Below the pieces are notes generated by a model. That model saw only the letters and a program-made list of their open reading frames with translations, had not been told where the DNA came from and ran no database searches. A DNA stretch of 64,000 bases from Flavobacteriales bacterium (GTDB taxonomy: Bacteria > Bacteroidota > Bacteroidia > Flavobacteriales > Flavobacteriaceae): contig WTIO01000044.1 of the NCBI GenBank assembly GCA_011526365.1, positions 106,791 through 170,790 on the forward strand. The letters are read 5' to 3'. Positions 1 through 9,612 of this stretch are shown here, piece after piece. A program made the translations under genes and the position numbers. Position 1 is the stretch's first letter, and each line of letters opens with the position of its first letter.

Positions 1-934
1 AGTGCTCTCCCCCTTTTTCTTCAAAATCTTCAACGGCTTCCATACCGATTTCTTCTAAGGTCTCTAAGCAGTCCGAAACAAAGGCAGGGGTAACAATAGC
101 CATTTTCTTGGTGCCCTGTTTGGCCATTTTAGCTACTGTTTTATCGGTGTAGGGCTGCAACCACGGGTCTAGGCCCAAGCGCGATTGAAAGGTGGTGGTG
201 TACTGTTCGGGTTTTAACTCCAAATATTCGGCTACAGCTTCGGTAGTAGCCACGCACTGGTGGCGATAACAAAACTGATGCGCCGGAGAAGGGGTACTAC
301 AGCATTTTCCATCCATTTTACAATGGCTTTTTGTAATGTCAGATTTGCGTATGTGACGTTCTGGAACCCCGTGATATGAAAATATAAGGTGTTCCCAGCT
401 TTTCCCTTGAAGGGATTCCTGTATCGAATCGCTTAACACACGAACGTAGTCTTTGTGGTTGTAAAATGAAGGAAGTACTGTAAAATTAACCTGAGGAAAA
501 TGTTTGTCCCTTAGGGCTTCTGCCAATACCACTATGGTTTCAGTGGTGGCCATTGCAAACTGTGGATAGAGTGGAATTAATAAAATTTCATCGACTCCTT
601 GATCTGCTAATATTTTTATTCCATGGTGAAGTGAAGGGTTTCCATAACGCATCCCTAGGGCTACTGGCACGCTGACCATTTTTTGAACTGCCGCTTGTAA
701 ACGCTCCGACAACACAATGAGGGGCGACCCCTCTTTCCACCAGATTTTTTTGTAGGCCTTGGCCGAACGTTTGGGACGGGTGTTTAAAATAATGCCTTTA
801 ACCAATAAGGTGCGCAACGGCTTGGGTAAATCCACCACGCGGGGATCCATTAAAAATTCTTCTAAATACACTTTGACGTCTTTAGGCTCGGGAGTATCGG
901 GCGAACCTAGATTTACAAGCAAAACCCCTTTCAT
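1..934 (-). CDS. hemH: Ferrochelatase; the 3' end is cut by the window edge, leaving about 311 codons
   Basis: Absent from the supplied ORF track because it runs off the edge. My own minus-strand translation from the ATG at 934-932 gives MKGVLLVNLGSPDTPEPKDVKVYLEEFLMDPRVVD... It contains YPQFAMATT, SYHGVPERH, FQSRLG and FVSDCLETLEEI, which are ferrochelatase-type motifs. The gene lies in a heme cluster. Confidence 0.9.
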   Translation of the reverse strand, partial: MKGVLLVNLGSPDTPEPKDVKVYLEEFLMDPRVVDLPKPLRTLLVKGIILNTRPKRSAKAYKKIWWKEGSPLIVLSERLQAAVQKMVSVPVALGMRYGNPSLHHGIKILADQGVDEILLIPLYPQFAMATTETIVVLAEALRDKHFPQVNFTVLPSFYNHKDYVRVLSDSIQESLQGKSWEHLIFSYHGVPERHIRKSDITKSHCKMDGKCCSTPSPAHQFCYRHQCVATTEAVAEYLELKPEQYTTTFQSRLGLDPWLQPYTDKTVAKMAKQGTKKMAIVTPAFVSDCLETLEEIGMEAVEDFEEKGGEH

Positions 935-944
935 CTTCAATTTT

Positions 945-1835
945 TTACGAAGATAAAGACATTAAATATTTTTTTGGGGTTGTTCCAAATTTCTTTTTAA
1001 ATGCTGCTATAAAATGACTTGAGGTACTGTAGCCCAAGCGCAAACCCACTTCATTGACATTGTACTGTTGTGAGGCCAACATGCGCTGGGCCTCATCCAT
1101 TTTATGATCTAAAAGGAAACTGTAAACCGGTTGCCCGTAGAGCTGTTTAAACCCTTCTTTTAACCGCTTTATGTTGATTCCCACTTGGGCTGCCAATGCT
1201 TCAAGGGTTGGAGGCTCTACCATATGCTCTAAAAGTAGGGCTTTGGCTTTTCTAATTTTGCTCACTTGATCTTCGTTTTCCAGGTAGGGACATTGTTCTA
1301 AATCGGGGGTGTTGGTATCAAAATAAAGACAAAAAAGCTCATATACTTTGGCTTTCAAGTAGAGCTTTTGCATCCCGTCAATCACACGACTTTGCATCAG
1401 CTGACTCAATACAACCGCACTTGCTGGAGAGAAAAAACGGTCCTCATAAAATTTTTGGGATAAATTTTCGGGACTCAAAAAACTTATGTGTCCCGCATCC
1501 TGTGAAAAAAGACTGTGAAATTTTTTGATGGACACCACAACACTCACCAGCTCTGTTTCGGGCTTTAGATGCAGGTCTATGGGCAGCGCTTTTTGTGGAT
1601 TGTACATCAACACTACTTTGTTTTCCTTTACAGGGAACGTATAGTTGCCTTCGTTGTAGTGTAGAATACCCTGGCCCTTCAAACAAAAATGAAACTGTAT
1701 TTCCCGCTCACTAACAGCTTTTTTAAAATGCGCTTGCTGACTTGAGTTGTTGTACAAACACAACACCTCAAAACCCACTTCAAGCTCGGTAGTCAAAAAT
1801 GTACTTTTTCCGTTATTTTTATCTTCCATAAACAT
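945..1835 (-). CDS. AraC/XylS family transcriptional regulator
   Basis: 296-aa ORF with a C-terminal dual HTH typical of AraC (LEALAAQVGINIKRLKEGFKQLYG ... GYSTSSHFIAAFKKKFGTTP) and an N-terminal ~170-aa putative ligand domain. Its stop codon is 10 nt upstream of the hemH ATG, so the two are probably co-transcribed. Confidence 0.85.
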   Translation of the reverse strand: MFMEDKNNGKSTFLTTELEVGFEVLCLYNNSSQQAHFKKAVSEREIQFHFCLKGQGILHYNEGNYTFPVKENKVVLMYNPQKALPIDLHLKPETELVSVVVSIKKFHSLFSQDAGHISFLSPENLSQKFYEDRFFSPASAVVLSQLMQSRVIDGMQKLYLKAKVYELFCLYFDTNTPDLEQCPYLENEDQVSKIRKAKALLLEHMVEPPTLEALAAQVGINIKRLKEGFKQLYGQPVYSFLLDHKMDEAQRMLASQQYNVNEVGLRLGYSTSSHFIAAFKKKFGTTPKKYLMSLSS

Positions 1836-1842
1836 TTTATTT

Positions 1843-1861
1843 ATTTAGAATTGTTCTAAAT
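1843..1861. promoter_or_regulatory. 19-bp palindrome ATTTAGAA-ttg-TTCTAAAT in the araC/hemA divergent region; candidate operator or 5'-UTR hairpin
   Basis: Read directly: perfect 8-bp arms with a 3-nt spacer. It starts 8 nt upstream of the araC ATG at 1835. Confidence 0.35.
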
Positions 1862-1992
1862 TATTTTCTTTTTGTTGTGCCCACACACTCAAAAATACTG
1901 TATTTTAGGGCAGGTCCACCAAAAACGTCTTAGATTTTCGTTTTTTGATATTATTTGTCCCTATAGCGTTATTTTTTGGTATCGTAGGCTTT

Positions 1993-2000
1993 TATTTTTG
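1993..2000 (+). promoter_or_regulatory. Candidate -7 promoter box (TATTTTTG) for hemA
   Basis: Exact match to the Bacteroidota TAnnTTTG consensus, 17 nt upstream of the hemA ATG. No correctly spaced -33 TTTG was found. Confidence 0.3.
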
Positions 2001-2017
2001 AAGCGAATTAAAGGCCA

Positions 2018-3241
2018 ATGAATTTAAACCCACAGGCACATCAATTCCACGCTATAGGTGTCAGTTATAAAAAAGCCGATGCCAGCACCCGTGGTTTGTT
2101 TTCTTTAGACGCTACACAAATCAACTCACTGCTTGAAGCTGCACAACACAAAGGCTTTCAAAATCTTTTGGTGCTTACTACCTGTAACAGAACTGAAATA
2201 TACGGTTGGGCTGAAAACACAAATGTACTTCAAGATTTACTCATTAACCACAGCCAAGGGAGTGCCGAATTGTTTGAGAAAATTGGTCATCAATTCACTG
2301 GGGAAGCAGCTTTAGAATATGTGTTTCGCGTAGGCACGGGCTTGGACAGTCAAATCCTTGGGGATTTTGAAGTTATCGGCCAATTAAAGAAAAGTTTCTA
2401 CCAGTCAAAAAAATATCAGCTTGCACAAAATTTAACTGAACGCCTTGTGAATGCTGTAATACAGGCGAGCAAACGTATAAAAACTGAAACTGAAATTTCC
2501 TCGGGTGCCACGTCGGTATCCTTTGCTTCGGTACAATACATTCGCGAACACATTAAAGATTTTAACGACAAAAAAATTGTCCTTTTCGGAACGGGAAAAA
2601 TTGGCCGAAACACCTGTGAAAACCTGGTTAAACACACAGCAAATAAAAACATCACCCTCATTAACCGCACGGGGGCTAAGGCAGAAAAAATTGCAGGAAA
2701 GTTCAATTTGCAAACACGGGCCTTTGGCGAACTCAATAGCGAAATTCGCACTGCTGATGTACTTATAGTAGCTACAGGGGCTGCTGTTCCAACGGTGAGT
2801 GCCGCCATGATTCACGCAGCAAAACCCTTGTTGATTTTGGACCTCTCCGTACCAAAAAATGTTACGCCCGATGTTGCGCAACTTCCACAAGTAAGCCTAG
2901 TGCATCTGGATGAACTGTCTAAAATGACAGATGCAACCCTAGAAAAACGCAAGGCCTTTATTCCTACTGCTGAGGCCATAATTGCAGCAATTAAGGCAGA
3001 ATTTTTAGAATGGAAAGAACACCGGAAACACGCGCCATTACTTCGAGAACTCAATAAAAAATGGGGGACAAAAAATGGGAAAGATACGGCAGCTGACGAG
3101 CCACTCTGGACACCTGAGCAGGTACAAAAACTCAGCGGCCATATTGCTATCTTTTTAAAAGAGCATCCCCAAGAAGCTCCTGTAGCCACCAAATTACTCC
3201 GCGAGATTTTTCAATTAGAACTCACTTCTGATGTCTCCTAA
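2018..3241 (+). CDS. hemA: Glutamyl-tRNA reductase
   Basis: 407 aa with the TCNRTEIY active-site Cys motif and a GTGKIGR dinucleotide-binding loop. First gene of the hem operon. Confidence 0.92.
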   Translation: MNLNPQAHQFHAIGVSYKKADASTRGLFSLDATQINSLLEAAQHKGFQNLLVLTTCNRTEIYGWAENTNVLQDLLINHSQGSAELFEKIGHQFTGEAALEYVFRVGTGLDSQILGDFEVIGQLKKSFYQSKKYQLAQNLTERLVNAVIQASKRIKTETEISSGATSVSFASVQYIREHIKDFNDKKIVLFGTGKIGRNTCENLVKHTANKNITLINRTGAKAEKIAGKFNLQTRAFGELNSEIRTADVLIVATGAAVPTVSAAMIHAAKPLLILDLSVPKNVTPDVAQLPQVSLVHLDELSKMTDATLEKRKAFIPTAEAIIAAIKAEFLEWKEHRKHAPLLRELNKKWGTKNGKDTAADEPLWTPEQVQKLSGHIAIFLKEHPQEAPVATKLLREIFQLELTSDVS

Positions 3242-4145
3242 GCCCCTTCGGATTGGGACACGTAAAAGTCCTTTGGCGGTATGGCAAACCAAAACGGTGC
3301 AACAACTGTTAGAACAACAGGGGCAGCCAGCCACCCTTGTTCACATTGACAGTGATGGAGACCAAAACCTCACCCAGCCGCTTTACGCTATGGGGATTCA
3401 AGGAATTTTTACCAAGGCTTTAGACACCGCCTTGCTGAACAATACCATTGATATTGCCGTACACAGTTTAAAAGATGTACCCACCCAACTGCCTCAAAAG
3501 GTGGTATTAGCCAGTGTACTCGAACGTGAAAATGTGGACGATGTACTTGTATTTAATTCGGCCTCAAACCGCCTGCCTAATACAGGCACTATTGCCACCA
3601 GTAGTCTGCGACGAAAAGCACAATGGCTGCACAAATACCCCAACTACACCGTAGATACGCTACGAGGAAATGTACAAACACGTTTAGAAAAAATTGAATC
3701 CAACAACTGGACAGGGGCCCTATTTGCAGCTGCAGGCCTCAGCCGATTAAGCCTCCTAAACCAACTGCAGTACCAAACCTTAGATTGGATGCTTCCCGCA
3801 CCGGGCCAAGGCGCTATTGGTATTTGTTGTCACCAAGAAAATACCGCCCTTCACAAACTCCTTCAAAGTGTAGAATGTTCTACAACTAGAGCTTGTGTTA
3901 CGGCAGAGCGCACCTTTTTACGGGTGTTAGAAGGCGGCTGTTCAGCACCCATTGGGGTACGCACCCATGTACATGGAAGCACTTTGGAAATTGAAGGAGG
4001 TCTTTTTTCCATTGATGGGAAGCAAAGCTGTGTGGATCGTTGTTCAGGACCACTTACTACTGCCGAAATACTAGGGCAACAACTCGCCGAAAAACTCTTA
4101 CATAACGGCGGTACAGCGATATTAGAAGACCTAAAAAAATCCTGA
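3231..4145 (+). CDS. hemC: Hydroxymethylbilane synthase (porphobilinogen deaminase)
   Basis: Contains RIGTRKSPLAVWQ and GGCSAPIG (the cofactor Cys). Overlaps the hemA 3' end by 11 nt. Confidence 0.92.
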   Translation: MSPKPLRIGTRKSPLAVWQTKTVQQLLEQQGQPATLVHIDSDGDQNLTQPLYAMGIQGIFTKALDTALLNNTIDIAVHSLKDVPTQLPQKVVLASVLERENVDDVLVFNSASNRLPNTGTIATSSLRRKAQWLHKYPNYTVDTLRGNVQTRLEKIESNNWTGALFAAAGLSRLSLLNQLQYQTLDWMLPAPGQGAIGICCHQENTALHKLLQSVECSTTRACVTAERTFLRVLEGGCSAPIGVRTHVHGSTLEIEGGLFSIDGKQSCVDRCSGPLTTAEILGQQLAEKLLHNGGTAILEDLKKS

Positions 4146-4816
4146 TGCGCTTGCTTGCTACAAAAATCCTCGACCTGCCATTTAAAACCCGCATCCTAGC
4201 CTTAGGGTATCGCCTTGTAGAATATTCTTTTATTGAAAAAACAGCGATAAACCACCCAACAAAAGCCTGGTCTGAAAACTGGATTTTTAGTAGTGCCTAT
4301 GCAGCAAAAATTGCCCTTGAGCACTCCAAAATAGGAGCAGCTCTAAAAGGAAAACGCCTCTTTTGCGTTGGAAAAAAAACAGCCGCAGTATTTTTAGCGC
4401 AGTCCTTAGACGTGGTTCAAATTGCGCCCAATGCCAAGGCCTTGACAGAAAAAATAAGAGCTACAGAACCTCCTACTGCTTTTTCATTTTTTTGTGGAAA
4501 GAAAAGACGTCCCGAAATTGAAACCCATCTTACTGCTGCAGGTTTTTCTATTGATATCCACGAATTGTACACCACTACACTTAACCCAAAAAACTTTCCC
4601 TCTTCCTTTGATGGGGCCTTGTTTTTTAGCCCTTCCGCGGTAGAGAGTTTTGTGCAAAGCAACCCCATAGAAACCCTTCATGCGTTTTGTATTGGCCCTA
4701 CTACAGCTAGAGCAGTAGCAAGGTATAGCGATAACTACAGTATTGCCCAAAATCCCGACGAAGGAAGTCTTCTTGTCCAATTAAAAAAATATAGTGCTAC
4801 CCATGCTGAAAAATAA
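4145..4816 (+). CDS. hemD: Uroporphyrinogen-III synthase
   Basis: 223 aa with weak HEM4-like sequence ([10 protein letters not shown]). The call rests mainly on size and its position between hemC and hemE. Its ATG overlaps the hemC TGA (TGATG). Confidence 0.75.
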   Translation: MRLLATKILDLPFKTRILALGYRLVEYSFIEKTAINHPTKAWSENWIFSSAYAAKIALEHSKIGAALKGKRLFCVGKKTAAVFLAQSLDVVQIAPNAKALTEKIRATEPPTAFSFFCGKKRRPEIETHLTAAGFSIDIHELYTTTLNPKNFPSSFDGALFFSPSAVESFVQSNPIETLHAFCIGPTTARAVARYSDNYSIAQNPDEGSLLVQLKKYSATHAEK

Positions 4817-5828
4817 ATTGTTTTTAGACGCCCTACAGGGCAAAACCGTAAGCCGTCCTCCAGTATGGATGATGCGTCAGGCGGGAAGATACCTCCCTGA
4901 TTTTATGAAACTGAAAGCGAAATACGATTTCTTTACCCGCTGTCAAACCCCTGAACTGGCCGCTGAAATTACGGTGATGCCTATTGATCAAATTGGCCCC
5001 GATGCTGCCATTTTATTTAGTGATATTCTAGTGGTGCTTCAGGCCATGGATATTCCTGTAGAAATGAAAGACGGTGTAGGCCCATGGATTCCCAATCCCA
5101 TCAGAGATGCTGCAGCGGTAGATCGTGTAGTGGTACCGGATGTAGATGATCGCTTGCATTATGTGTTGGATGCCATCACCTTAACCCTAGAACAACTGGA
5201 CGGAAAAGTTCCCCTAATAGGGTTTGCTGGCTCCCCTTGGACGCTGTTGTGTTATTCCGTACAGGGCAGTGGTTCTAAAACCTTTGATGTGGCCAAAGCC
5301 TTTTGTTTTTCTTCCCCAGATGCCGCCCATAAACTACTTCAAAAAATTACAGACACCACCATAGCCTACCTAAAACGAAAGGTTGCCAAAGGAGTGCATG
5401 CAGTTCAGCTTTTTGATTCTTGGGGAGGCTTGCTGGGCCCTGCCGATTATCAAGAATTTTCTTGGTACTACTTACAGCAAATTGTTGCTGCCCTACAGCC
5501 GCATATTCCTGTTATTGTATTTGGCAAAGGTTGCTGGTTTGCCCTTAAAGATATGAGTCGCTCTGGGGCTTCGGCCTTAGGAATCGACTGGACCTGTTCG
5601 GCCAGAAATGCCCGCTACCTCAGTGGAGGCGAAATTACCCTGCAAGGGAATTATGACCCCGCGCGTTTATTGTCCCCCATTCCAACAATCAAAAAGGATG
5701 TAAAAGAAATGATTGCAGCCTTTGGAAAAGACCGCTACATCGTTAACCTCGGTCATGGAATTTTACCCAATATCCCGGTAGCGCATGCACAAGCTTTTGT
5801 AGATGCCGTTAAAGAATACCCAAAATAA
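4803..5828 (+). CDS. hemE: Uroporphyrinogen decarboxylase
   Basis: Contains the [16 protein letters not shown] signature. I prefer the ATG at 4803 over the GTG at 4794 used by the ORF track. Overlaps the hemD 3' end. Confidence 0.92.
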   Translation: MLKNKLFLDALQGKTVSRPPVWMMRQAGRYLPDFMKLKAKYDFFTRCQTPELAAEITVMPIDQIGPDAAILFSDILVVLQAMDIPVEMKDGVGPWIPNPIRDAAAVDRVVVPDVDDRLHYVLDAITLTLEQLDGKVPLIGFAGSPWTLLCYSVQGSGSKTFDVAKAFCFSSPDAAHKLLQKITDTTIAYLKRKVAKGVHAVQLFDSWGGLLGPADYQEFSWYYLQQIVAALQPHIPVIVFGKGCWFALKDMSRSGASALGIDWTCSARNARYLSGGEITLQGNYDPARLLSPIPTIKKDVKEMIAAFGKDRYIVNLGHGILPNIPVAHAQAFVDAVKEYPK

Positions 5829-5834
5829 ACGTTT

Positions 5835-6737
5835 ATGAAAACCCAATTTTACAGCTTTATTGAAAACCTACAGGATGAAATTACCACTGCCCTAGAAAAT
5901 GCAGATGGCAACGCCACTTTTAAAGAAGACCTTTGGAAACGTCCCGAAGGTGGTGGTGGCCGTACTCGGGTAGTTGAAAATGGTAGAGTATTTGAAAAAG
6001 GTGGAGTAAATGTTTCCGCTGTGCACGGCACCTTACCCCAAGCCATGCAAGATTATTTTAAGGTTAGCGACGCGCAATTTTACGCTTGCGGGATCAGTTT
6101 GGTGTTACACCCCAAAAATCCTATGGTTCCAACAGTACACGCCAACTTTCGTTACTTTGAACTCTACGACCAAAAAGGGGAAATAAAAGACCAATGGTTT
6201 GGTGGGGGCATGGATTTAACCCCCTACTATTTATTTGAGGAAGATGCCCAACACTTCCACAGCATATGTAAAACCGCTTGCGATGCACACGACCCCAGCT
6301 TTTACAAAAAATACAAAGCCCGTTGTGATGATTACTTTTGGAACACCCATCGCAACGAAGCCCGAGGAATCGGTGGATTGTTTTTTGATTACCTCCGCCC
6401 CACCTCAGAATGGCCCACCTCAAAATGGTATGCGTTTGTAACCGCAATAGGTAAGGCTTTTTTACCTGCCTACCTGCCTATTGTAGAAAAACGAAAACAA
6501 CAGACCTATACCCCTGAACAACGCCAATGGCAAGAAATTCGCAGGGGACGCTATGTGGAATTTAATTTAGTTCATGACAAAGGCACCGCCTTTGGCTTAA
6601 AAACTCAAGGACGTATTGAAAGTATTCTTATGAGTTTACCCCCACATGTGCAATGGCCCTACAACCATATCCCTGAGGAAGGCAGCCCCGAAGCAGCACT
6701 TGTTAAGGTACTGAAACAACCACGACAATGGGTATAA
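5835..6737 (+). CDS. hemF: Oxygen-dependent coproporphyrinogen III oxidase
   Basis: Contains RPEGGGGRTRV, GGGMDLTPYY and RRGRYVEFNLV, which are HemF-type motifs. Confidence 0.92.
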   Translation: MKTQFYSFIENLQDEITTALENADGNATFKEDLWKRPEGGGGRTRVVENGRVFEKGGVNVSAVHGTLPQAMQDYFKVSDAQFYACGISLVLHPKNPMVPTVHANFRYFELYDQKGEIKDQWFGGGMDLTPYYLFEEDAQHFHSICKTACDAHDPSFYKKYKARCDDYFWNTHRNEARGIGGLFFDYLRPTSEWPTSKWYAFVTAIGKAFLPAYLPIVEKRKQQTYTPEQRQWQEIRRGRYVEFNLVHDKGTAFGLKTQGRIESILMSLPPHVQWPYNHIPEEGSPEAALVKVLKQPRQWV

Positions 6738-6777
6738 TCCAACATTAATTGGTATCTTGAATTGAATATTTATTCCC

Positions 6778-8082
6778 ATGGATACTACCCTCATTCTTAT
6801 TTTACTGCCACTGTTAGTAGTGTTTTCCTACTTGTTTGATTCTTTTGCCCGAAAGACCAAATTTCCTTCTGTAATCCTTCTAATTTTAACAGGACTAATT
6901 GCACGTGCCCTTCTCGATGCCTATGGATTTACCCCGTGGGGCGCTTTGGAAGAAATTATAAAGGTATTGGGTACGGTTGGCCTTATTTTAATTGTGCTCG
7001 AAGGAGCGTTAGAGCTTGAAATAACTCCGGAGCGAATTGGTTTGTTGGTTCGGGGATTTCTCGCTGCTGCAGTACTTTTGATTGCCAATGTGTGGTTAGT
7101 AAGTTGGATTCTGGAGTCCTTTTTTGAACTGCAACACCAGGCTGCGGTAATCCACGCCATCCCACTGTCGATTATCAGTAGCGCAGTAGCCATTCCTGCA
7201 GCTTCGGGTTTTAGTGAAAAAGACAAAACCTTTGTGGTGTACGAATCTACCTTTTCAGACATCTTAGGCATTTTAATTTTCAACTACGCCATACGCCAAT
7301 TTGAAGCCGCTGCTCCTTTATTGGGAGTAAGTCCGCTCACTACTCTAGGCGTACAACTCATTGGCATCATTGCCATTTCTGTAGGAATCACCTTTGTACT
7401 GTTTAAGTTGTTACAACGCATCAAACACAATGTCAAATTTTTCTTGATACTTTCCTTGTTAATTTTGGTTTATGCCATTGGAAAGTACCTGCATTTACCC
7501 GCTTTAGTAACCATTTTTATTTTTGGCCTTATTTTAAGTAATAGTAATTACCTGCTCCCCCCCTTTTTAAGAAAAAATAGTCCAAAAGAACAGTTGGACA
7601 AAGAAATTGCCTCCTTTCATATGCTCACTGCGGAGTCCACTTTTTTAGTGCGTACCTTTTTCTTTCTCTTTTTTGGCTTTTCAATCAGCTTGAGCAGCCT
7701 AAGTAGTCCGAGCACCTATTTATTTGCTGCCTTACTTGTTGGTGCTATGCTCTTGCTGCGCTACTTGTATTTTAGTTTGAGCAAACTGTCTATTAAACCC
7801 AGCGCACTTAGCTATCACGCACCCCGAGGACTGATTAGCATTCTCTTATTTTTTCAAATTAAAGAACTTAAAAGTCCCAACTTCCAAAGTGATTTTATCG
7901 ATCAGAACTTACTGCTTCTAGTAATATTAATTTCTATTGGGTTACTCCTTTTTGGCACCTTAAAACCAACCCAGGCCGTAGTGCCTGTTGAGGATACCAT
8001 CGAAGATCATTTGGATATTGAAATCCCAGATTTTGACACCTTGGAGCGTGATGAAGAAGATCCAAAAAAATTGACACCTTAA
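6778..8082 (+). CDS. Cation:proton antiporter (Na+/H+ exchanger family) with an acidic C-terminal tail
   Basis: 434 aa, with about 11-12 hydrophobic segments. The N-terminus (FPSVILLILTGLIARALL) is typical of CPA-type exchangers. Embedded between hemF and hemB. Confidence 0.75.
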   Translation: MDTTLILILLPLLVVFSYLFDSFARKTKFPSVILLILTGLIARALLDAYGFTPWGALEEIIKVLGTVGLILIVLEGALELEITPERIGLLVRGFLAAAVLLIANVWLVSWILESFFELQHQAAVIHAIPLSIISSAVAIPAASGFSEKDKTFVVYESTFSDILGILIFNYAIRQFEAAAPLLGVSPLTTLGVQLIGIIAISVGITFVLFKLLQRIKHNVKFFLILSLLILVYAIGKYLHLPALVTIFIFGLILSNSNYLLPPFLRKNSPKEQLDKEIASFHMLTAESTFLVRTFFFLFFGFSISLSSLSSPSTYLFAALLVGAMLLLRYLYFSLSKLSIKPSALSYHAPRGLISILLFFQIKELKSPNFQSDFIDQNLLLLVILISIGLLLFGTLKPTQAVVPVEDTIEDHLDIEIPDFDTLERDEEDPKKLTP

Positions 8083-8092
8083 AACAACAACT

Positions 8093-9070
8093 ATGTTTCC
8101 TTTACGTCGCCACAGAAGATTACGAACCTCCGCAGCCATTCGCAGCCTCGTGCAAGAACACCACCTTAGTGTTAACGACTTTTTAGTGCCTTTGTTTGTA
8201 GAAGAAGGAAAAGGGCAGAAAAATGAAATTCCCTCCATGCCAGGCTATTATCGCTACAGCTTAGATACCCTTGAAAAAGAGGTAAAAGAACTGCAGCAAT
8301 TAGGCCTTAAGGGAATACTGCTTTTTGCAAAAATTGACGATGCCCTAAAAGACAATACTGGAAAAGCAGCTTTGGACACCAATGGTCTAATGCATCGCGC
8401 CATTAAAGCCATTAAAAACACTGCCCCAGAAATGGTAGTATTGACGGATGTAGCCCTAGACCCCTATTCGTCTTTTGGGCATGATGGTATTGTAGAAAAT
8501 AATGTGGTGCGCAATGATGCTACCGTGGCTATCCTTGCAAACATGGCATGTACCCATATAGAAGCTGGAGCCGATGGAGTGGCACCTAGTGACATGATGG
8601 ATGGGCGCATTTTAGCCATTCGACAAGCCCTAGAAGAACACCAACGGGAGGACGCGCTTATTATGAGTTACAGTGCAAAATACGCCTCGGCGTTCTATGG
8701 TCCCTTCCGAACAGCTTTGGACTCCGCTCCAGGCTTTGGAGACAAAAAAAGCTATCAAATGAATTTTGCCAACCAAAAAGAAGCGTTGGACGAAGCTCTC
8801 ACCGATATAGAAGAAGGCGCTGATATTGTTATGGTAAAACCCGGTATCGCCTACTTAGATATTTTGAGTCAACTGGCACAACAATGTTCAGTTCCTCTGG
8901 CAGCCTATCAAGTGAGTGGAGAGTATGCCATGCTTAAAGCCGCCGCCGACAAAGGTTGGTTAGACTACCAAGCAGTTATGCTAGAACAACTTTATGCCTT
9001 TAAACGTGCAGGAGCTGCAATGATTGCTACCTATCACGCAAAGGAGGCCGCACGACTTCTAAATCGCTAA
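8093..9070 (+). CDS. hemB: Porphobilinogen synthase (delta-aminolevulinate dehydratase)
   Basis: Contains DVALDPYSSFGHDG, SYSAKYASAFYGPFR and VKPG..YLD motifs. Confidence 0.93.
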   Translation: MFPLRRHRRLRTSAAIRSLVQEHHLSVNDFLVPLFVEEGKGQKNEIPSMPGYYRYSLDTLEKEVKELQQLGLKGILLFAKIDDALKDNTGKAALDTNGLMHRAIKAIKNTAPEMVVLTDVALDPYSSFGHDGIVENNVVRNDATVAILANMACTHIEAGADGVAPSDMMDGRILAIRQALEEHQREDALIMSYSAKYASAFYGPFRTALDSAPGFGDKKSYQMNFANQKEALDEALTDIEEGADIVMVKPGIAYLDILSQLAQQCSVPLAAYQVSGEYAMLKAAADKGWLDYQAVMLEQLYAFKRAGAAMIATYHAKEAARLLNR

Positions 9071-9125
9071 TACTCAAACAATTTTTGTATTTTGTTGAAT
9101 CTTATGGATTTAACAAAATAAATTA

Positions 9126-9602
9126 ATGGCATCCGCTATTATTACTACCGCATTTGGAAACCTCCAAATAAACTCAACAAAAAAGGGTGTTACTGAGCTT
9201 TTTTTTACAGAAAAAGAGGCTACTGATGAATCTATTTCAGATGCCATCATAAAAACTGCTGTTAAACAAATTTCAGAATTTATTGAGCATAAACTTACTG
9301 CTTTTGACATCCCACTGGACTTAAACGGAACCCCTTTCCAACGCAGCGTATGGAAATCGGTGCACAACATTCCCTATGGCACCACCATTTCCTATCTGAG
9401 AATTGCGCAACAACTAGGAGACACCAAAAAAGTTAGGGCAGTAGCCAATGCCATTGGTAAAAATCCAGTATTACTACTTATACCTTGTCACCGCGTAGTT
9501 GGCAGTGATGGAAAACTCATCGGGTATTCTGGAGGAATAGAAAGAAAAAGGCTATTGTTAGCCCATGAGGGCTATCCTTTTCAAAATTCCTTATTTTCGT
9601 AG
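9126..9602 (+). CDS. ogt: Methylated-DNA--protein-cysteine methyltransferase
   Basis: PCHRVVG active-site motif and an NPVLLLIP context; 158 aa. Confidence 0.88.
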   Translation: MASAIITTAFGNLQINSTKKGVTELFFTEKEATDESISDAIIKTAVKQISEFIEHKLTAFDIPLDLNGTPFQRSVWKSVHNIPYGTTISYLRIAQQLGDTKKVRAVANAIGKNPVLLLIPCHRVVGSDGKLIGYSGGIERKRLLLAHEGYPFQNSLFS

Positions 9603-9612
9603 AAATTGACAC

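Noticed and set aside
759-956. 65-aa plus-strand ORF from the supplied track.
   Set aside because: It is antisense to the clearly recognisable ferrochelatase N-terminus and bridges into the araC stop region. It has no motif support.
2416-2890. Long antisense ORFs inside well-supported genes. Examples: 2416-2808 and 2432-2890 in hemA, 16332-16862 in glyQS, 27071-27493 in the M20 peptidase, 50127-50576 in the ZIP transporter and 38790-39341 across the glycosyltransferase start.
   Set aside because: They lie entirely opposite strongly motif-supported genes. Their composition is low-complexity or Cys/Ser/Arg-rich, typical of shadow frames, and they have no recognisable motifs. I treat them as non-coding.
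6778-8082. The idea that the membrane protein inside the hem operon is the missing protoporphyrinogen oxidase (HemJ or HemG-like).
   Set aside because: Its size (434 aa, ~12 helices) and N-terminal motif fit a CPA-type cation/H+ exchanger, not the small HemJ or the flavodoxin-like HemG. I kept only the unexplained operon placement as an observation.
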